64,000 nucleotides of DNA from Octopus sinensis (lineage: Eukaryota), in contig NC_043004.1 in NCBI RefSeq assembly GCF_006345805.1, forward strand, positions 65,100,001 to 65,164,000, given 5' to 3'. The translations under genes were made by a program, and so were the position numbers. This document shows positions 27,717 through 40,725 of this stretch, piece after piece; position 1 is the first letter of the stretch, and each line of letters starts with the position of its first letter. Below the pieces are notes generated by a model, which was not told the DNA's origin, did no database searches, and was given only the letters and a program-made list of their open reading frames with translations.

Positions 27717-27753
<37 letters not shown>

Positions 27754-27894
27754 GTGAAAATGATGATAATAACAAGAACATGTTAATAATAATAATAATA
27801 ATAATAATAGTGAAATATGATAATAACAAGAATAATGTTAATAATAATAATAATAATAATAATAGTGAAAATGATGATAATAACAATAATATGT

Positions 27895-27933
<39 letters not shown>

Positions 27934-27962
27934 GTGAAAATGATGATAATAACAAGAATAAT

Positions 27963-27993
<31 letters not shown>

Positions 27994-28022
27994 GTGAAAA
28001 TGATGATAATAACAAGAATAAT

Positions 28023-28053
<31 letters not shown>

Positions 28054-28082
28054 GTGAAAATGATGATAATAACAAGAATAAT

Positions 28083-28122
<40 letters not shown>

Positions 28123-28203
28123 TGGAAATGATGATAATACAAGAATAATGTTAATAATAATAATAATAAAAGTAGTGAAAATGATGATAATAACAAGAAT
28201 AAT

Positions 28204-28234
<31 letters not shown>

Positions 28235-28263
28235 GTGAAAATGATGATAATAACAAGAACAAT

Positions 28264-28294
<31 letters not shown>

Positions 28295-28345
28295 GTGAAA
28301 ATGATGATAATAACAAGAATAATGTTAATAATAATAATAATAATA
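24690..28345 (+). repeat. Tandem satellite, unit (AAT)n-AGTGAAAATGATGATAATAACAAGAA(T/C)AATGTT
   Basis: About 60 units (estimated by eye) of roughly 50-75 bp. Length varies only in the AAT run. Confidence 0.95.
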
Positions 28346-28350
28346 ACAAC

Positions 28351-28533
28351 AACATCGAAAAACACCCAGGAATGAGAACCCAGGCTCGAAATTTCCCCAA
28401 GACATCTGATGAAGGTTGGAGGGTATATCAGCCGAAACATAGTGTTAACAACAAACAAGATGAGGACAAATATCAGTCAAAATGTAAATAATGTAAATAA
28501 TGTACATAATTCCTCATCTCTTAAATATAGAAC
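28351..28533 (+). mobile_element. HHR-bearing repeat tail (same family as 29969-30152)
   Basis: AACATCGAAAAA..GGAATGAGAACCCAG..HHR..GTAAATAATG is shared with 29998-30152. Confidence 0.8.
28402..28445 (+). ncRNA. Minimal type-I hammerhead motif
   Basis: ACAT-CTGATGA-A-GGTTG-GAGGGTATAT-CAGCC-GAAA-CA-TA-GTGT. Confidence 0.65.
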
Positions 28534-29129
28534 CCTATATTCTGTATTTGAAACATATGTAGTAAGCGTAATCATGGAGAATGCAATTTTTCTATGTTGG
28601 GTTTTTGGCAATGGATTCAAAATGCGTTCATTGTATTTCTTTCTTATTTGACAAGGTGTTGTACGCTCAATTGGAATCTAGTTGAGAATATTATAACTTA
28701 TTACTGGAACACCTATTCTCTTGATACCTACAGACGTTTTATTTAATTTTTTTTCGCTACATTTAACTTCACTTCAAGCATTACTCGATGATATTCTTTC
28801 TTAACCTTCTCCTTCATTTGTGGGTGTGTGTTTTTTCTCTATTTAAGTCATCGATTCCTAATTATTTGTAACTCAGTCTCTGCTTTAATTCTCTCATCTC
28901 TGTTTTATTATCTATTATGATGTTTGTGTTCTTAATTAATTTTCCACTTTTCATGGTTCCTTGGTGCATTGTTTTAATCCGAATCTCATAACAACGTTTA
29001 TTGTTGTTGTTGTTATCATCATCATCATCATCGTCATCATCGTTATAGTTTCTACTTCTAACTTCCCTTTCATCTTATTCTTACACTTGATCGTTTTCAA
29101 CTTCATCGTCTGTTTTTGTCTTTCCTCCG

Positions 29130-29169
<40 letters not shown>

Positions 29170-29172
29170 GAC

Positions 29173-29208
<36 letters not shown>

Positions 29209-29377
29209 TAATAATAATAATAATAATACAAAGGGTTATACTACAAACATTTTGTTTATCATCATCATCATCAACATAATCATCGTCAACAACATCGTCA
29301 TCATCATCATTAGTAATATTATTAATATCATAATTATGAATCTATTATTGTTCTTCTCATTTCGCTATTACTAATAT

Positions 29378-29707
29378 TATGGCTCAGTGGTTAGAGCGTC
29401 GAGCTTACGATCGTGAGGTTGTGAGCTCGAATCCCGGACCGGGCCTGCGTGTTGTGTTCTTGAGCAAGGCACTTTATTTCACGTTGCTTCAGTTCACTCA
29501 GCTGTAGAACTGAGTTGTGACGTCACAGGTGCCAAGCTGTATCGGCCTTTTCTTTCCCTTGGATAACACTGGTGGCGTGGAGAGGGGAGGCTGGTATGCA
29601 TGGGCGACTGCTGGTCTTCCATAAACAACCTCACCCGGACTTGTGTCTAGGAGGGTAACTTTCTAGGTGCAATCCCATGGTCTGTGTCGTGACCGAAGGG
29701 GGTCTCC
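29378..29707 (+). mobile_element. tRNA-derived SINE
   Basis: TGGCTCAGTGGTTAGAGCG...GAGCTCGAATCCC head followed by TTGAGCAAGGCACTTTATTTCACGTTGC. Confidence 0.85.
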
Positions 29708-29714
29708 GAAATTA

Positions 29715-29742
29715 ATATTATTATTATTATTATTATTATTGA

Positions 29743-29803
<61 letters not shown>

Positions 29804-30152
29804 GTTGTTGTTGTTGTTTTTGTTGTTGATATTATTATTATTATTTATTATTATTATTATTATTATATATTATTATTCAGGTCACTGCCTGGAATCGAAC
29901 TCGTAATCTTGGGGTTAGTAGGCCGAGCTCTTAACCACTACGCCATATGCCCTTGGGCTATCCTGTTTGTGACCTGAATAATAATAGTAATAATAATAAC
30001 ATCGAAAAATACCTTAGGAATGAGAACCCAGATCCGAAATTTCCCCCAAGACACCTGATGAAGGCTGGAGGGTATATCAGCCGAAACATTGTGTTAACAA
30101 CAAACAAGATGAGGACAAATATCCGTCAAATGTAAATAATGCAAATAATGCA
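29715..30152. mobile_element. Composite: inverted tRNA-like head + (AAT)n, joined to the plus-strand (AAT)n + HHR tail
   Basis: Minus strand 29952-29876 reads GGGCATATGGCGTAGTGG...GAGTTCGATTCCAGGCAGTGACCTGAATAAT (box A/B). The plus strand restarts at GTGACCTGAATAAT (29969). Confidence 0.65.
30051..30094 (+). ncRNA. Minimal type-I hammerhead motif
   Basis: ACAC-CTGATGA-A-GGCTG-GAGGGTATAT-CAGCC-GAAA-CA-TT-GTGT. Confidence 0.65.
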
Positions 30153-30315
30153 CAGGATATAGTGATACGTATATATACTCGTACACCCAAGAATCGAAAC
30201 GACGTTCTCGAAATTGTAAGTACAAACCACATCACCATTTGGTCACCTACTCTATTTTACCTACCTACCTACCTACCTACCTACATACATACATACGCAT
30301 ACATACATACATACA

Positions 30316-30349
<34 letters not shown>

Positions 30350-30632
30350 CATACATATATACATACACAAATGCATGCGTACGCACATTCATACAAGCGT
30401 AGATTGCAAACTGGAAGAATTAATACTCAGGAGCGAATACTTGATACCCTTCTGTAATGTAAAGATTCAAAATGTCAGAAATTAGCATTTAGTTTAGCAA
30501 AAACTCAAATAACATTGTAAAATGAAGGACGATCATTTATGATCTCATATCTATGTGATTGCTATTAGCCAAAAGCATTGATTTTCAAGAAGAAAATATA
30601 TATATACATACACACGCACACACACACATACA

Positions 30633-30686
<54 letters not shown>

Positions 30687-30924
30687 CATATATATATATA
30701 TTTATATACGTATATATATACATATATATATATATTTATATACGTATATATACTTATGTATATATACACGCACATATATATGTATATATATACACACACG
30801 CACACACGCACACACATATATAGATATATATATACACATATATACACACACATGCATAAATAATACATACACGTATTTATATTGTATATAATGGATATAA
30901 TATATACACACATATATATGTAGG

Positions 30925-30979
<55 letters not shown>

Positions 30980-31073
30980 TTTATATATATATTTATATCT
31001 ATATTCGCATCTCAATCGTCTCTTCTCTCTCATCTCTCTCTCTCTCTTCACTCCTCTCTCTCTCTCTATATAT

Positions 31074-31121
<48 letters not shown>

Positions 31122-31251
31122 GTATATGCAGCTTTTATTGGCTTTTTTTCTTTCTATTACTCTAAACTTTTTAAGTCCTGTCTTTCGCTGGAGTAACTAT
31201 CAAATATCTATCTGTCTATCTGTCTATTTATCTATCTCTCTGTCTGTCTGT

Positions 31252-31307
<56 letters not shown>

Positions 31308-31323
31308 CTATCTATCTAATCTA

Positions 31324-31358
<35 letters not shown>

Positions 31359-31386
31359 TCTCTATCTATCTATCTACCATCTATCA

Positions 31387-31434
<48 letters not shown>

Positions 31435-31493
31435 TCACTATCTAACTATCTATCTATCTATCTATCTATCTACTATCTATCTATCTATTTATT

Positions 31494-31552
<59 letters not shown>

Positions 31553-32874
31553 TTGTGTGTTTGTGCGCGCGTATATTGTTTTACTCTTTTCCTCGTTTCA
31601 GCCTCAGCTGCGGTCACATATACCTACATATATGAAGATATATACAAATGTACAATACATACATATAAACACACACACACACCAAACACACACACACACA
31701 CACACACATACACACACACACACATACACACACACACACACATTATATATATATATGTTTGTGTGTGTATGTATGCGTGTGTATCATCTACAAAGAATTG
31801 AAATTCTAGGAGTTGCAGATATATTGCGCACTTTCAAAGGAACAGTAAATAAAATAACAAACAAAACACAACACATCAACAACATATAGTAAAATTGCAG
31901 CGCTGTACTGACTGTTGCTGATATATAGCATACGGTATAATTAAAACTATGTAAATATATTTACATATAAATAAAGAAAAAAGCAAAAATACTAGTATCA
32001 CTTGTTAAAAACAATTGTAGTCAACAAGAAGGATTAATGAATGATGATGGTGATGGTGATGATTATGATGATGACGACAATGGCTGCTACGACCGCAACA
32101 GCGACGATGATGAGGACATTGACAACGGCTATAGCAACTAATCCGGCTGTCATATGTAGCGCCGTACTGGACGTTCATTAAATAGGAATTAAACGTCACA
32201 GACACAGTCATGTGTCCTTCACATTTATCACGATGACGTCTATGCAAATGTGGGTGTAGTTAAACATGTATCGCAGTTAACTATTTTATACGGGTTGATC
32301 AGGATTCTGTTTTTTTTTTTTTGTATTTGTTGAGGTGGATGGCAGAATCGTTAGCTCATTGGACAAAATTTCCCTGTGGTCTGTTACTAATTTTGCGTTC
32401 TAATTTCAAATCCCGCCGAGAGGAAATTTGCATTTTTGTTCCCGGTGTCTGACAAAAGAAAAACAAGAAAAAAAAAAAAAAAACCAAACAAAGGCACAAA
32501 GATGTAGGAAAATGGAATAGAATTCCAGGTTAAAATACACTGACACAATAAGAAATAAAACTATAGGAGAAAGAAGAAGATTAGGAAGGGGAGCGACAAC
32601 AACGCAAATACTTTTAAGGGGAGTGCGAGACAGTTGCTTCCTCCACGAGAAACAGCTGGTAAGTTACTCCCAAATTACACTCTACTGTTCGAGAAATGGA
32701 AGGATATTTTGGGTAGTGTAGTCCTAGATACACTACGTCATGCAAAATATGAAACATAAAAAAAATACATGAAAAAACTGAGGTTAGATAGTCATGTTTG
32801 GAAAGATTTTGATAATCGTTGTGCTCCATTTGGGACGGCATGGGTTTAAGCAAAATCAGCACATTGACCACTAC

Positions 32875-33400
32875 CTCCATTATCAGCCATCACCAGCACC
32901 AACGCCACCATCATCACCATCACCACCACCATCATCATCACCTTCACCACCACAGCAACCTCCACAACCGCCACAAACTCCACCACCACCAGCATCACCA
33001 CATTTAAAAACCGCCACCACCATCACCAACACCACCACCATCACCACCACTATGGCCACCACTACCAAAGCCATCACCATCACCACCACCACCACCACAA
33101 TCACCACAACCATCACGAGCTTCACCACCGTCACCACCTTCACTACCAGTGCCATCGACACCACCACATCACCACCACTTCCCCCTTCACTACCACCATC
33201 GTCATCACAACTATGGCCATCACCACCACCATCACCACCACCACCACCACCACCACCACCACAACCACTACCTCCACCAGCTTCACCACCATCACCACCT
33301 TCACAACCAGTGCCATCGACACCACCACATCAACACCACATCAGCACCACCACCACCACCACCACCACACTCCAACCACTACCAAACAACAACAACAACA
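32875..33400. repeat. (CAC)n-rich microsatellite with an internal ~55-bp duplication
   Basis: AGCTTCACCACC..CCAGTGCCATCGACACCACCACATCA occurs at about 33118 and 33279. Confidence 0.9.
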
Positions 33401-34309
33401 GAGATGCAAATATACGTTGCCATATTTATGTTTAATAATGTCACAACAGCATGCGTGTACATATCTGGCCCCCACATCTGGCGCAGCATCGTATATCAAG
33501 GTTCCAGAAAACTACATGAATAGGCATAAAACATCGCAGCACCCATATACCTAGCACGGCAAACAGTCTAAAGCTTACGTACCTAATTAACGAATCGTAT
33601 AGAGAAGATATGCTATTTTGTAGTTTGTAATTTTATTTTGTAGATCTTATATTGTATTTTGTAAATACCTTGTAGCCGGCAATAAGGTAAAGTAATTATG
33701 CTAAGAGTGCAGCAGAAATATTGCGGTGTCCCATAGCTAGGGGCGACGAGTGGAAGATTAAATAGACACTGCACAATGGCACAATGAGAAAAGACAGTAA
33801 TATATGTGTAAATATACATGTATGTATGTATCTATCTATCTATTTATCTATCTATTTATATACCTACATACATACATACATACTACATACATACATACAT
33901 ACTACTACATATATGTAATAATATATATATATATATATATAATATATATATATAAATATGTGTTATATATGTATATGTATATAATGTTATATATACATAT
34001 ATATATTATATTTGTATATACATATATATATATATATGTATACATGTATATATGTATACATACATATACATATATTGTATACATATAGATGTGTATACAC
34101 ACATACATATACATATATATAGGTACGACGACGAGCCGATAGCAGCCAACACACCATACACACACACACATGTATCTGTATACGGGGTGGGGGGATGTGT
34201 TTGTAATTGATAGTGTCGCTGGTAGCATGAGGTTAGTCAGAATCAATAAGTGTTTACTCCATACATGGAGTAGATTTAGAATAATTACGTTACATACCTT
34301 AAATATATA

Positions 34310-34369
<60 letters not shown>

Positions 34370-34645
34370 CAATATATCTATATTTATGTATAGATGCAAA
34401 CAGTACAGTACAGATGGGTGGGTGGATGCGTCGGTGAATACTTACATGCACCCCCACACAGACACACCCACAGGTGTATATGTTGTACTTAGCGATCGTC
34501 TAAATATATAGGCATAATAAAAAATAGTTTTCCTTTCTAACAAAAATCTGGTTTGCTGACGGATTAAATAAGACTAGTTTACACCAACAAAATAATCACC
34601 ATGCGCCCCTCTCCTCGCATCGTCACCTCTAAACGCCACCACCAT

Positions 34646-34676
<31 letters not shown>

Positions 34677-34874
34677 GCTACTGCTGCTGCTGCTGCTGCT
34701 GCTGCCGCTGCTGCTGTTGCCACGACTGCGGTAACCTATTAAATTGACTCCTGTACATGAGTGGTATTTATGTACTAAACGAAAAAAAAAACAACCCAAA
34801 CGACAGAAATTCTATGAAAGATGTCAATCCAAAGACACCGTATTCGGTAACGAGACAATATAACGTCATAAGAA

Positions 34875-35308
34875 GGCGGCGAGTTGGCAGAAACGTTAGC
34901 ACGCCTGGCGAAATGCGTAGCCGTATTTCATCTGCCGCTACGTTCTGAGTTCAAATTCCGCCGAGGTCAACTTTGCCTTTCATCCTTTCGAGGTCGATAA
35001 AGTAAGTACCAGTTACACACTGGGGTCGATATAATCGACTTAATCCGTTTGTCTGTCCTTGGTTGTCCTCTCTGTGTTTAACCCCTTGTGGGTAGTAAAG
35101 AAATAAGAAACGTTAGCACACCGGGCGAAATGCCTGGCGTTATTTCGTCTGTCTTTATGTTCTGAGTTCAAATTCCGCCGAGATCGACTTTGCCTTTCAT
35201 GTTTTTGGGGTAGATAAATTAAGCACCAGTTGCGTACTGGTGTCGATCTAATCGACTGGCTCACTCTCCTAAAATGTCGGGCCTTGTGCCCAGAGTAGAA
35301 AAGAATAT
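34875..35308 (+). mobile_element. SINE family B with duplicated body
   Basis: Same architecture as 15406-15805. Confidence 0.88.
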
Positions 35309-35914
35309 TACATTATAAAGGATATATCAAATGTAATAAAAATGTGTAGAAAAATGGCAAATATACAGGCATATACATAGGTGAAGGTGTGACTAAGTGC
35401 TAGGAAGTTTGCTCCTCAACAGCATGGTGCGTGGTACCTCGGTCAAGCGTTTTCCTCTACAGCAGGGGTCAAGGAATTTTTTGACGAATAACCCCAAAAT
35501 ATATTTATTTATGCGGTTGTTACCCCCTTGATTTGGGAGGAAGAAAATCATAGAATATATGTATATAGAGAATACAAATATAAATATAAAAATTATGAAG
35601 AAACTGCGATAAAATAGATTAATATCTTCATTAAGAAATAAAATGATTTTTCTAGAAACTTTTTCATTTCAGGTTTTGGGGAAATGATGTTTCGTTTTTG
35701 TTTCAATTACATCAAATTGTGGCATTTTGATGCCGGAGCAATTTGGATTCCGTCTTCGGAATCCAATCGATTTCGTTAAAGGGCTGAATTGCATAACTAC
35801 TTAAATCCACTTAAACAAAACAAAAAAACAATGCAAAAGCAAAGCAAAAAAAAATCATGTCAAAAAATAAGTTTAAGGCAAGTAATAATCATCTGACAAA
35901 TAATATCTGTTTAG

Positions 35915-36293
35915 AGGCGGCGAGCTGGCAGAGTGGTTAGCGCGCCGGGCGAAATGCTTTGCGGTATTTAGTCTGACGTTACGTTCTGAGTTCAAATTCC
36001 ACCGAGGTTGACTTTGTTTTTCATCCTTTCGGGATCGATAAATTAAGTATCAGTTACGCACTGAGCTCGATATAATCGACTTAATCCGTTTGTCTATCCT
36101 TGCTTGTCCTCTTTTGTTTGGCCCCTTGTGGGTAGTAAAGAAATACGTATTTCGTCTGCCGCTACGTTCTGAGTTGAAATTCTGCCGAGGTCGACTTTGC
36201 CTTTCATCCTTTCAGGATCAATAAATTGAGTACCAGTTGCGTACTGGAGTCGGTCTAATCGACTGGCCCCCACCCCTCAAAATTTCGGGCCTG
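35915..36293 (+). mobile_element. SINE family B with duplicated body and 13-bp TSD
   Basis: TSD AATATCTGTTTAG at 35902-35914 and 36294-36306. Confidence 0.92.
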
Positions 36294-36564
36294 AATATCT
36301 GTTTAGTCACCTGACAACGTTTTAGAAACCAAATTGGTTGTAATTCAAAATGACGTGACATCTCCGAAACACGTCCTTTGGACACGTTTTGTATATAATT
36401 TTACTCATGCCAGTTGGGGTAATTTACCCCTCTTCGCCGACCAATCCCTTGTGAGTGGATTTGGTGGACCATGTGGTCACGCCTGTGGTTTATGTGTGTA
36501 CATATATTTCAAGAAATTTACATTCGTCTTGATAATTAGGAGGTAATCAAGTCTTGAGAATATA

Positions 36565-36781
36565 TATATTTCTTTACTGCCCAGAAGGGGCTAAACATAG
36601 AGGGGACAGACATAGGGATTAAGTCGATTACATCGACCCCAGTGCGAACTGGTACTTTATTTATCGACCCCAAAAGGATGAAAGGCAAATTCGACCTCGG
36701 TGGAATTTGAACTCAGAACGTAACGACAGACGAAATACCGCCAAGCATTTCGCCCGGCGCGCTAACCACTCGGCCAGCTCG
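36565..36781 (-). mobile_element. SINE family B monomer
   Basis: Reverse complement of the family-B head and body. Further minus-strand copies lie at 46720-46870, 46975-47170, 57440-57715 and 60738-60940. Confidence 0.85.
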
Positions 36782-36959
36782 GTCTGATGAAACTATATAA
36801 CTGAGACACGATTCTATTTATTCCATCTGACTATTCACCTACACAGACATGCAGGAAGTAAATAGACACCTTTAATTTTCAACATTTCTGATTGAAGTGT
36901 CTTAATATGTTTACATTAATATATGTTAATATTGTAGAATTTACAATATAATTATCATT

Positions 36960-37340
36960 TTTCATTCCAGGTGCCATTATATTCAGCAGAACTGTTAGAT
37001 TTTCAAAGAGGTCGTATTGTCGGGCAATCTGAGGCTGGTCTTAGCCAACGAAAAATTGCCGGAAATCTTCAAATTCCTCTTGCTACTGTCAATAGAATTA
37101 TAGTGCAAATCAAAAGTGAAGGAAAAGAATCAACAGATTCTCGTCCCGGCCGACCTGGGCCCTCGGAAAGGAAGTTTCGCTGTTTGAAGAGAACTGTGAA
37201 AAACGAACCCAGTTCGAAGGCATCTGACATTGCAAAACAGCTAGAAGTTATTCCAAGAACGTGTGTTACATATCTGCAAAAGCTTGGGTATTATGGACGA
37301 GCAGCTAGAAGAAAACCTTTCCTTCAACCAATTAATAAAA
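36960..37340 (+). pseudogene. Tc1-like transposase N-terminal (HTH) fragment
   Basis: [24 protein letters not shown]...TVNRII...RPGRP...[17 protein letters not shown], truncated at a poly-A run. Confidence 0.85.
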
Positions 37341-37749
37341 AAAAAAAAAGATTTCGAAACTTAAAGGTGTCTATTTACTTCCTGCATGTCTGTGTATATA
37401 TCTCTCTATCTATCTATATCTCTGTACGTAACTTGGCACATTTTACCATTTCTCCATAGATTGACAAAAACAAACAAATAAACGAAGAGCCTTAACCTAT
37501 TTTCGAAACATTTTGGGTTCTCATCAGATTATTAACACCGGTGGCTGTGTGGTAAGTAGCTTGCTTTTCAACCACATGGTTCCGGGTTCAATCCAACTGC
37601 GTGGCACTTTGGGCAAGTGTCTTCTACTATAGCCTCGGGCCGACAAAAGCCTTGTGAGGGGATTTGGTAGACGGAAACTGAAAGAAGCCCGTTGTAAGTA
37701 TGTATATGTATATATATATCTATATATATATATATATATGTGTGTGTGT

Positions 37750-38425
37750 AAGGGTGAAAAGGAACACACGAGTTGATATATATGAAAAAACAAGTCAAAA
37801 TAGAAAAATGCTAAAATAATTTTATAAAGAACATTTCAGTAACCGGTTTCGGTCATTTGAGACTTTTCAACTGTAACGATTAAATAATTAAATTTGAGAA
37901 AAATTAGAAGAAAGTTTTTTTAAAGGAATATTTGTATAGTGTTCAGATATAAGTGGCATCTGCCTTTCTCTGACTCCCTTGTTTGCACTTGTGTGTTCGA
38001 GGTCGTTGTGAATTCTTGGTAGGGTAGAAGAAGAAGAAGCCTGATGAGGGGAGGGGGGTGGAAAAATTGGGAGTGCCTTGATTTTGTATTTTTGAATGGT
38101 CAGTGACGGCTAGCAGTTGCAGTTCAATTCAGGAGAATATTTCTATTGAGAGGTTTGTTTATGGAATTTGCGTAGGTGTTTTACTAAAAAGCATTAGTGA
38201 TAAGTTAAGAGGTAGAAGGTGGAGCAGAAAGAGAAGAAGAAGAAGAAGAAGAAGAAGAAGAAACACTATACCAATAGTCCTTTAAAAAAACTTTTCTTCT
38301 AATTTTTCTAATTTAATTATTTAATCGTTACGTTGAAAAGGTCTCAAAATGACCGAAACCGGTACTGAAATGTTCTTTATTTAAAATTATTTTAGCATTT
38401 TCTATTTTGACTTGTTTTTTCATAT
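37750..38425. mobile_element. Fold-back element with an HHR-like motif, nested in a SINE
   Basis: Arms about 37779-37926 / 38278-38425. It lies between the 5' half (37535-37700) and 3' half (38478-38702) of a family-A SINE. Confidence 0.8.
38330..38367 (+). ncRNA. Hammerhead-like motif with U3-A8 core (UUGAAAA)
   Basis: TTGAAAA-GGTC-TCAAAAT-GACC-GAAA-CCGG-TA-CTG. The mirror arm (minus, 37837-37873) supplies stem I CAG/CTG. Helix III is the palindrome ACCGGT. Confidence 0.6.
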
Positions 38426-39183
38426 ATATATAATAATATATATATATATATAATATATAATATATATATATATATATGTCGTGTGTGTGTGTGTGTGTGG
38501 TTGTGTGTCTGTGTTTGTCCCCCCAACATCGCTTGACAACCGATGCTGGTGTGTTTACGTCCCCGTAACCTAGCGGTTCGACAAAAGCGACCGATAGAAT
38601 AAGTACTAGGCTTTCAAAGATTAAGTCCTGGGGTCGATTTGCTCGACTAAATGCGGTGCTCCAACATGACCACAGTCAAATGACTGAAACAAGTAAAAGA
38701 GTATGAATAAACAGCCGACTTGTTAATATACTCTAGAAATCCTAAAGCTTCAAAGTACTGGACTGACCAAATTTGCATTCTATAAACGCTTTACATTAAA
38801 GCAGCCCTGTCAACGGATTTTCTAACCAACGCAGTATTAAAGTATGATACAGTATGAAAGTAAATCTGTGAAGCCAGGTGGTAGACGTAGAAACGTGGCT
38901 AATTTCACTATTTCTCCATAGATTGTAAAAACGACGAACAGACTTCATCTATTGAATATATATCTGTCTTACTTCGTTTACATTTTATTATTTTTGTTAT
39001 TCTTTATTACTTGATTTTTTAATATATACATGTGTTTATTGATCCTAAAAGTACAGGAATGGGACAACGTATCCCATCCAATTACGTCTCTATAAACCAC
39101 GGGAAGCATGATTTCATTTATTTGAATGTAAATTACTGACAACCGAAACTTTTATCTTCTAAAAATTTTATTACTCCTTAGCT

Positions 39184-39943
39184 CAGTGGTTCCCAAACTA
39201 TGAGTCGCGACCCATAGTTGGGTCACGAACGGAATCTTAGTGGGTCGCAAAAAGTTATAAAATTACGCATTAGCTTTGATTAACTGCTGTCTATCGAGAT
39301 AGTTCAAGACTTATGTTTTCAATACCAGACTTGTTGTTTTATCAAGCAGTAGGCTTTTTCACGAACTTAACAAATCAGAGGTTGTCATTTTCTCAAGTTA
39401 TTTATTCGTACGTAATCGTAAAAAGTAGATGTCTGTTTTTACCTATTCATAGAGAACTTTAACTAGGCGAAGTATAACACTGATCGAGTCGATAACAGTT
39501 ACTACTTCAAGGTTTTGTTTTAGTGACTCTTCCATGAAAAAGACTTTTAACACCCGAAAATTGGTACAGTTCTGGGCGTCTCTTCAAACCTCGTACCCAA
39601 TCATTTCCACCGAAGGGATTAAAAGTACTTCTTCCCTTTCACGTTATATTATATTTGTGAAGCTGGATTTTCAGCAAAGGTTGGGATTAAAAGCAAATAT
39701 CGAAATAAACTGCATCTCTCAAATTCTTTACGCCTGAAACTATCACGCATTGAACCTGATGTTAATTCTATTATTGAGCGTAGCAAGAAACAGGCTCATC
39801 CTTCTCACAGGCCTCACTGAAGATGTAATCTGAAATAAATTTGTTAATTTCATTAATGTTTTTACTCAGTAGAGTTAAGTGGGTCGTCATAAACTGGTGT
39901 GATAAATAGTGGGTCGCGGCTCTAAAAAGTTTGGAAACCACTG
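39184..39943 (+). mobile_element. Internally deleted hAT (Buster/Charlie-type) transposon (760 bp)
   Basis: TIRs CAGTGGTTCCCAAACT / AGTTTGGAAACCACTG with a perfect 8-bp TSD CCTTAGCT. The interior has a frameshifted KVLLPF..CEAGFSA..IKSKYRNKL..LRLKLSRIEPDV..QAHPSH dimerisation domain. Confidence 0.93.
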
Positions 39944-40029
39944 CCTTAGCTCACAAACGAGCACCAAAAAAAGGTTGTACTATAAATGGACCATCATCTC
40001 CATTAAATTTTACATACATATAATTATTA

Positions 40030-40190
40030 TGCGTGGGTTACTTTTGAGTAAGAGACCCACAAAACTCTTTGTAACACCAAAGATGAACTGAAGGTAACGA
40101 TTATTGTAGCATTCATCAACTTACACAAGAAGACCATCCAGGAGATTCCGAAGTCGTCTGCAGGCCACGGTTGAAGCCAATAGCGATTTT
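40030..40190 (+). pseudogene. Tc1/mariner-superfamily transposase C-terminal relic
   Basis: ETHKTLCNTKDELKVTI...(frameshift) RRFRSRLQATVEANSDFIE*. Confidence 0.6.
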
Positions 40191-40384
40191 ATTGAATAAA
40201 TTTACTTTTTCGCATTTAAAGATATTTTCATGTAATTTTGTTAAATATTTCTGTAAAATGAGATGTCAGTGTTATTTTCATTTTTGTCTAATTTAGACGA
40301 CAATTTATTCACTGTTCACTCTCTCCCCCCCCTATATATATATATAATATATATATATATTATATAAATATATATATATATATA

Positions 40385-40548
40385 GCTGAGCAAATCGACC
40401 CCAGGGCTTATTCTTTGTAAGCCTAGTACTTACAAAGTACTATCGGACTCTTTTGCGAGCCGCTTATTTACGAGGACGTAAACACACCAGCATCGGTTGT
40501 CAAGTGATGCTGCGGAGACAAACACAGACACACAAATGTATACACATA

Positions 40549-40581
<33 letters not shown>

Positions 40582-40725
40582 CATATAATATAAATATATA
40601 CACACATATATATGACGGGCTTCTTTCAGTTTCCGTCTACCAAATCCCCTCACAAGGCTTTGGTCGGCCCGGGGCTATACTAGCAGACACTTGATTAAAG
40701 TGCCACGCAGTGGAACTGAACCCGA
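40385..40725 (-). mobile_element. SINE family A, truncated at both ends
   Basis: Co-linear with the family consensus seen in other copies. Confidence 0.85.

Larger units (their letters stand above)
37535..38702 (+). mobile_element. SINE family A split by a fold-back insertion
   Basis: 5' half at 37535-37700 and 3' half at 38478-38702. Confidence 0.85.

Noticed and set aside
24690-28345. Repeat-spacer-like array resembling CRISPR
   Set aside because: The spacers are only variable (AAT)n, there are no cas genes, and the context is eukaryotic.
33670-33768. Minus-strand AG..GT segment with one open frame
   Set aside because: No recognisable protein motif and no independent support.
35735-35765. 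TTGGATTCCG-TCTT-CGGAATCCAA hairpin
   Set aside because: An isolated hairpin with no supporting context. Bacterial terminator logic does not apply here.
36785-36815. CTGATGA...GAGACACG
   Set aside because: GAAA is absent and stem II is unpaired.
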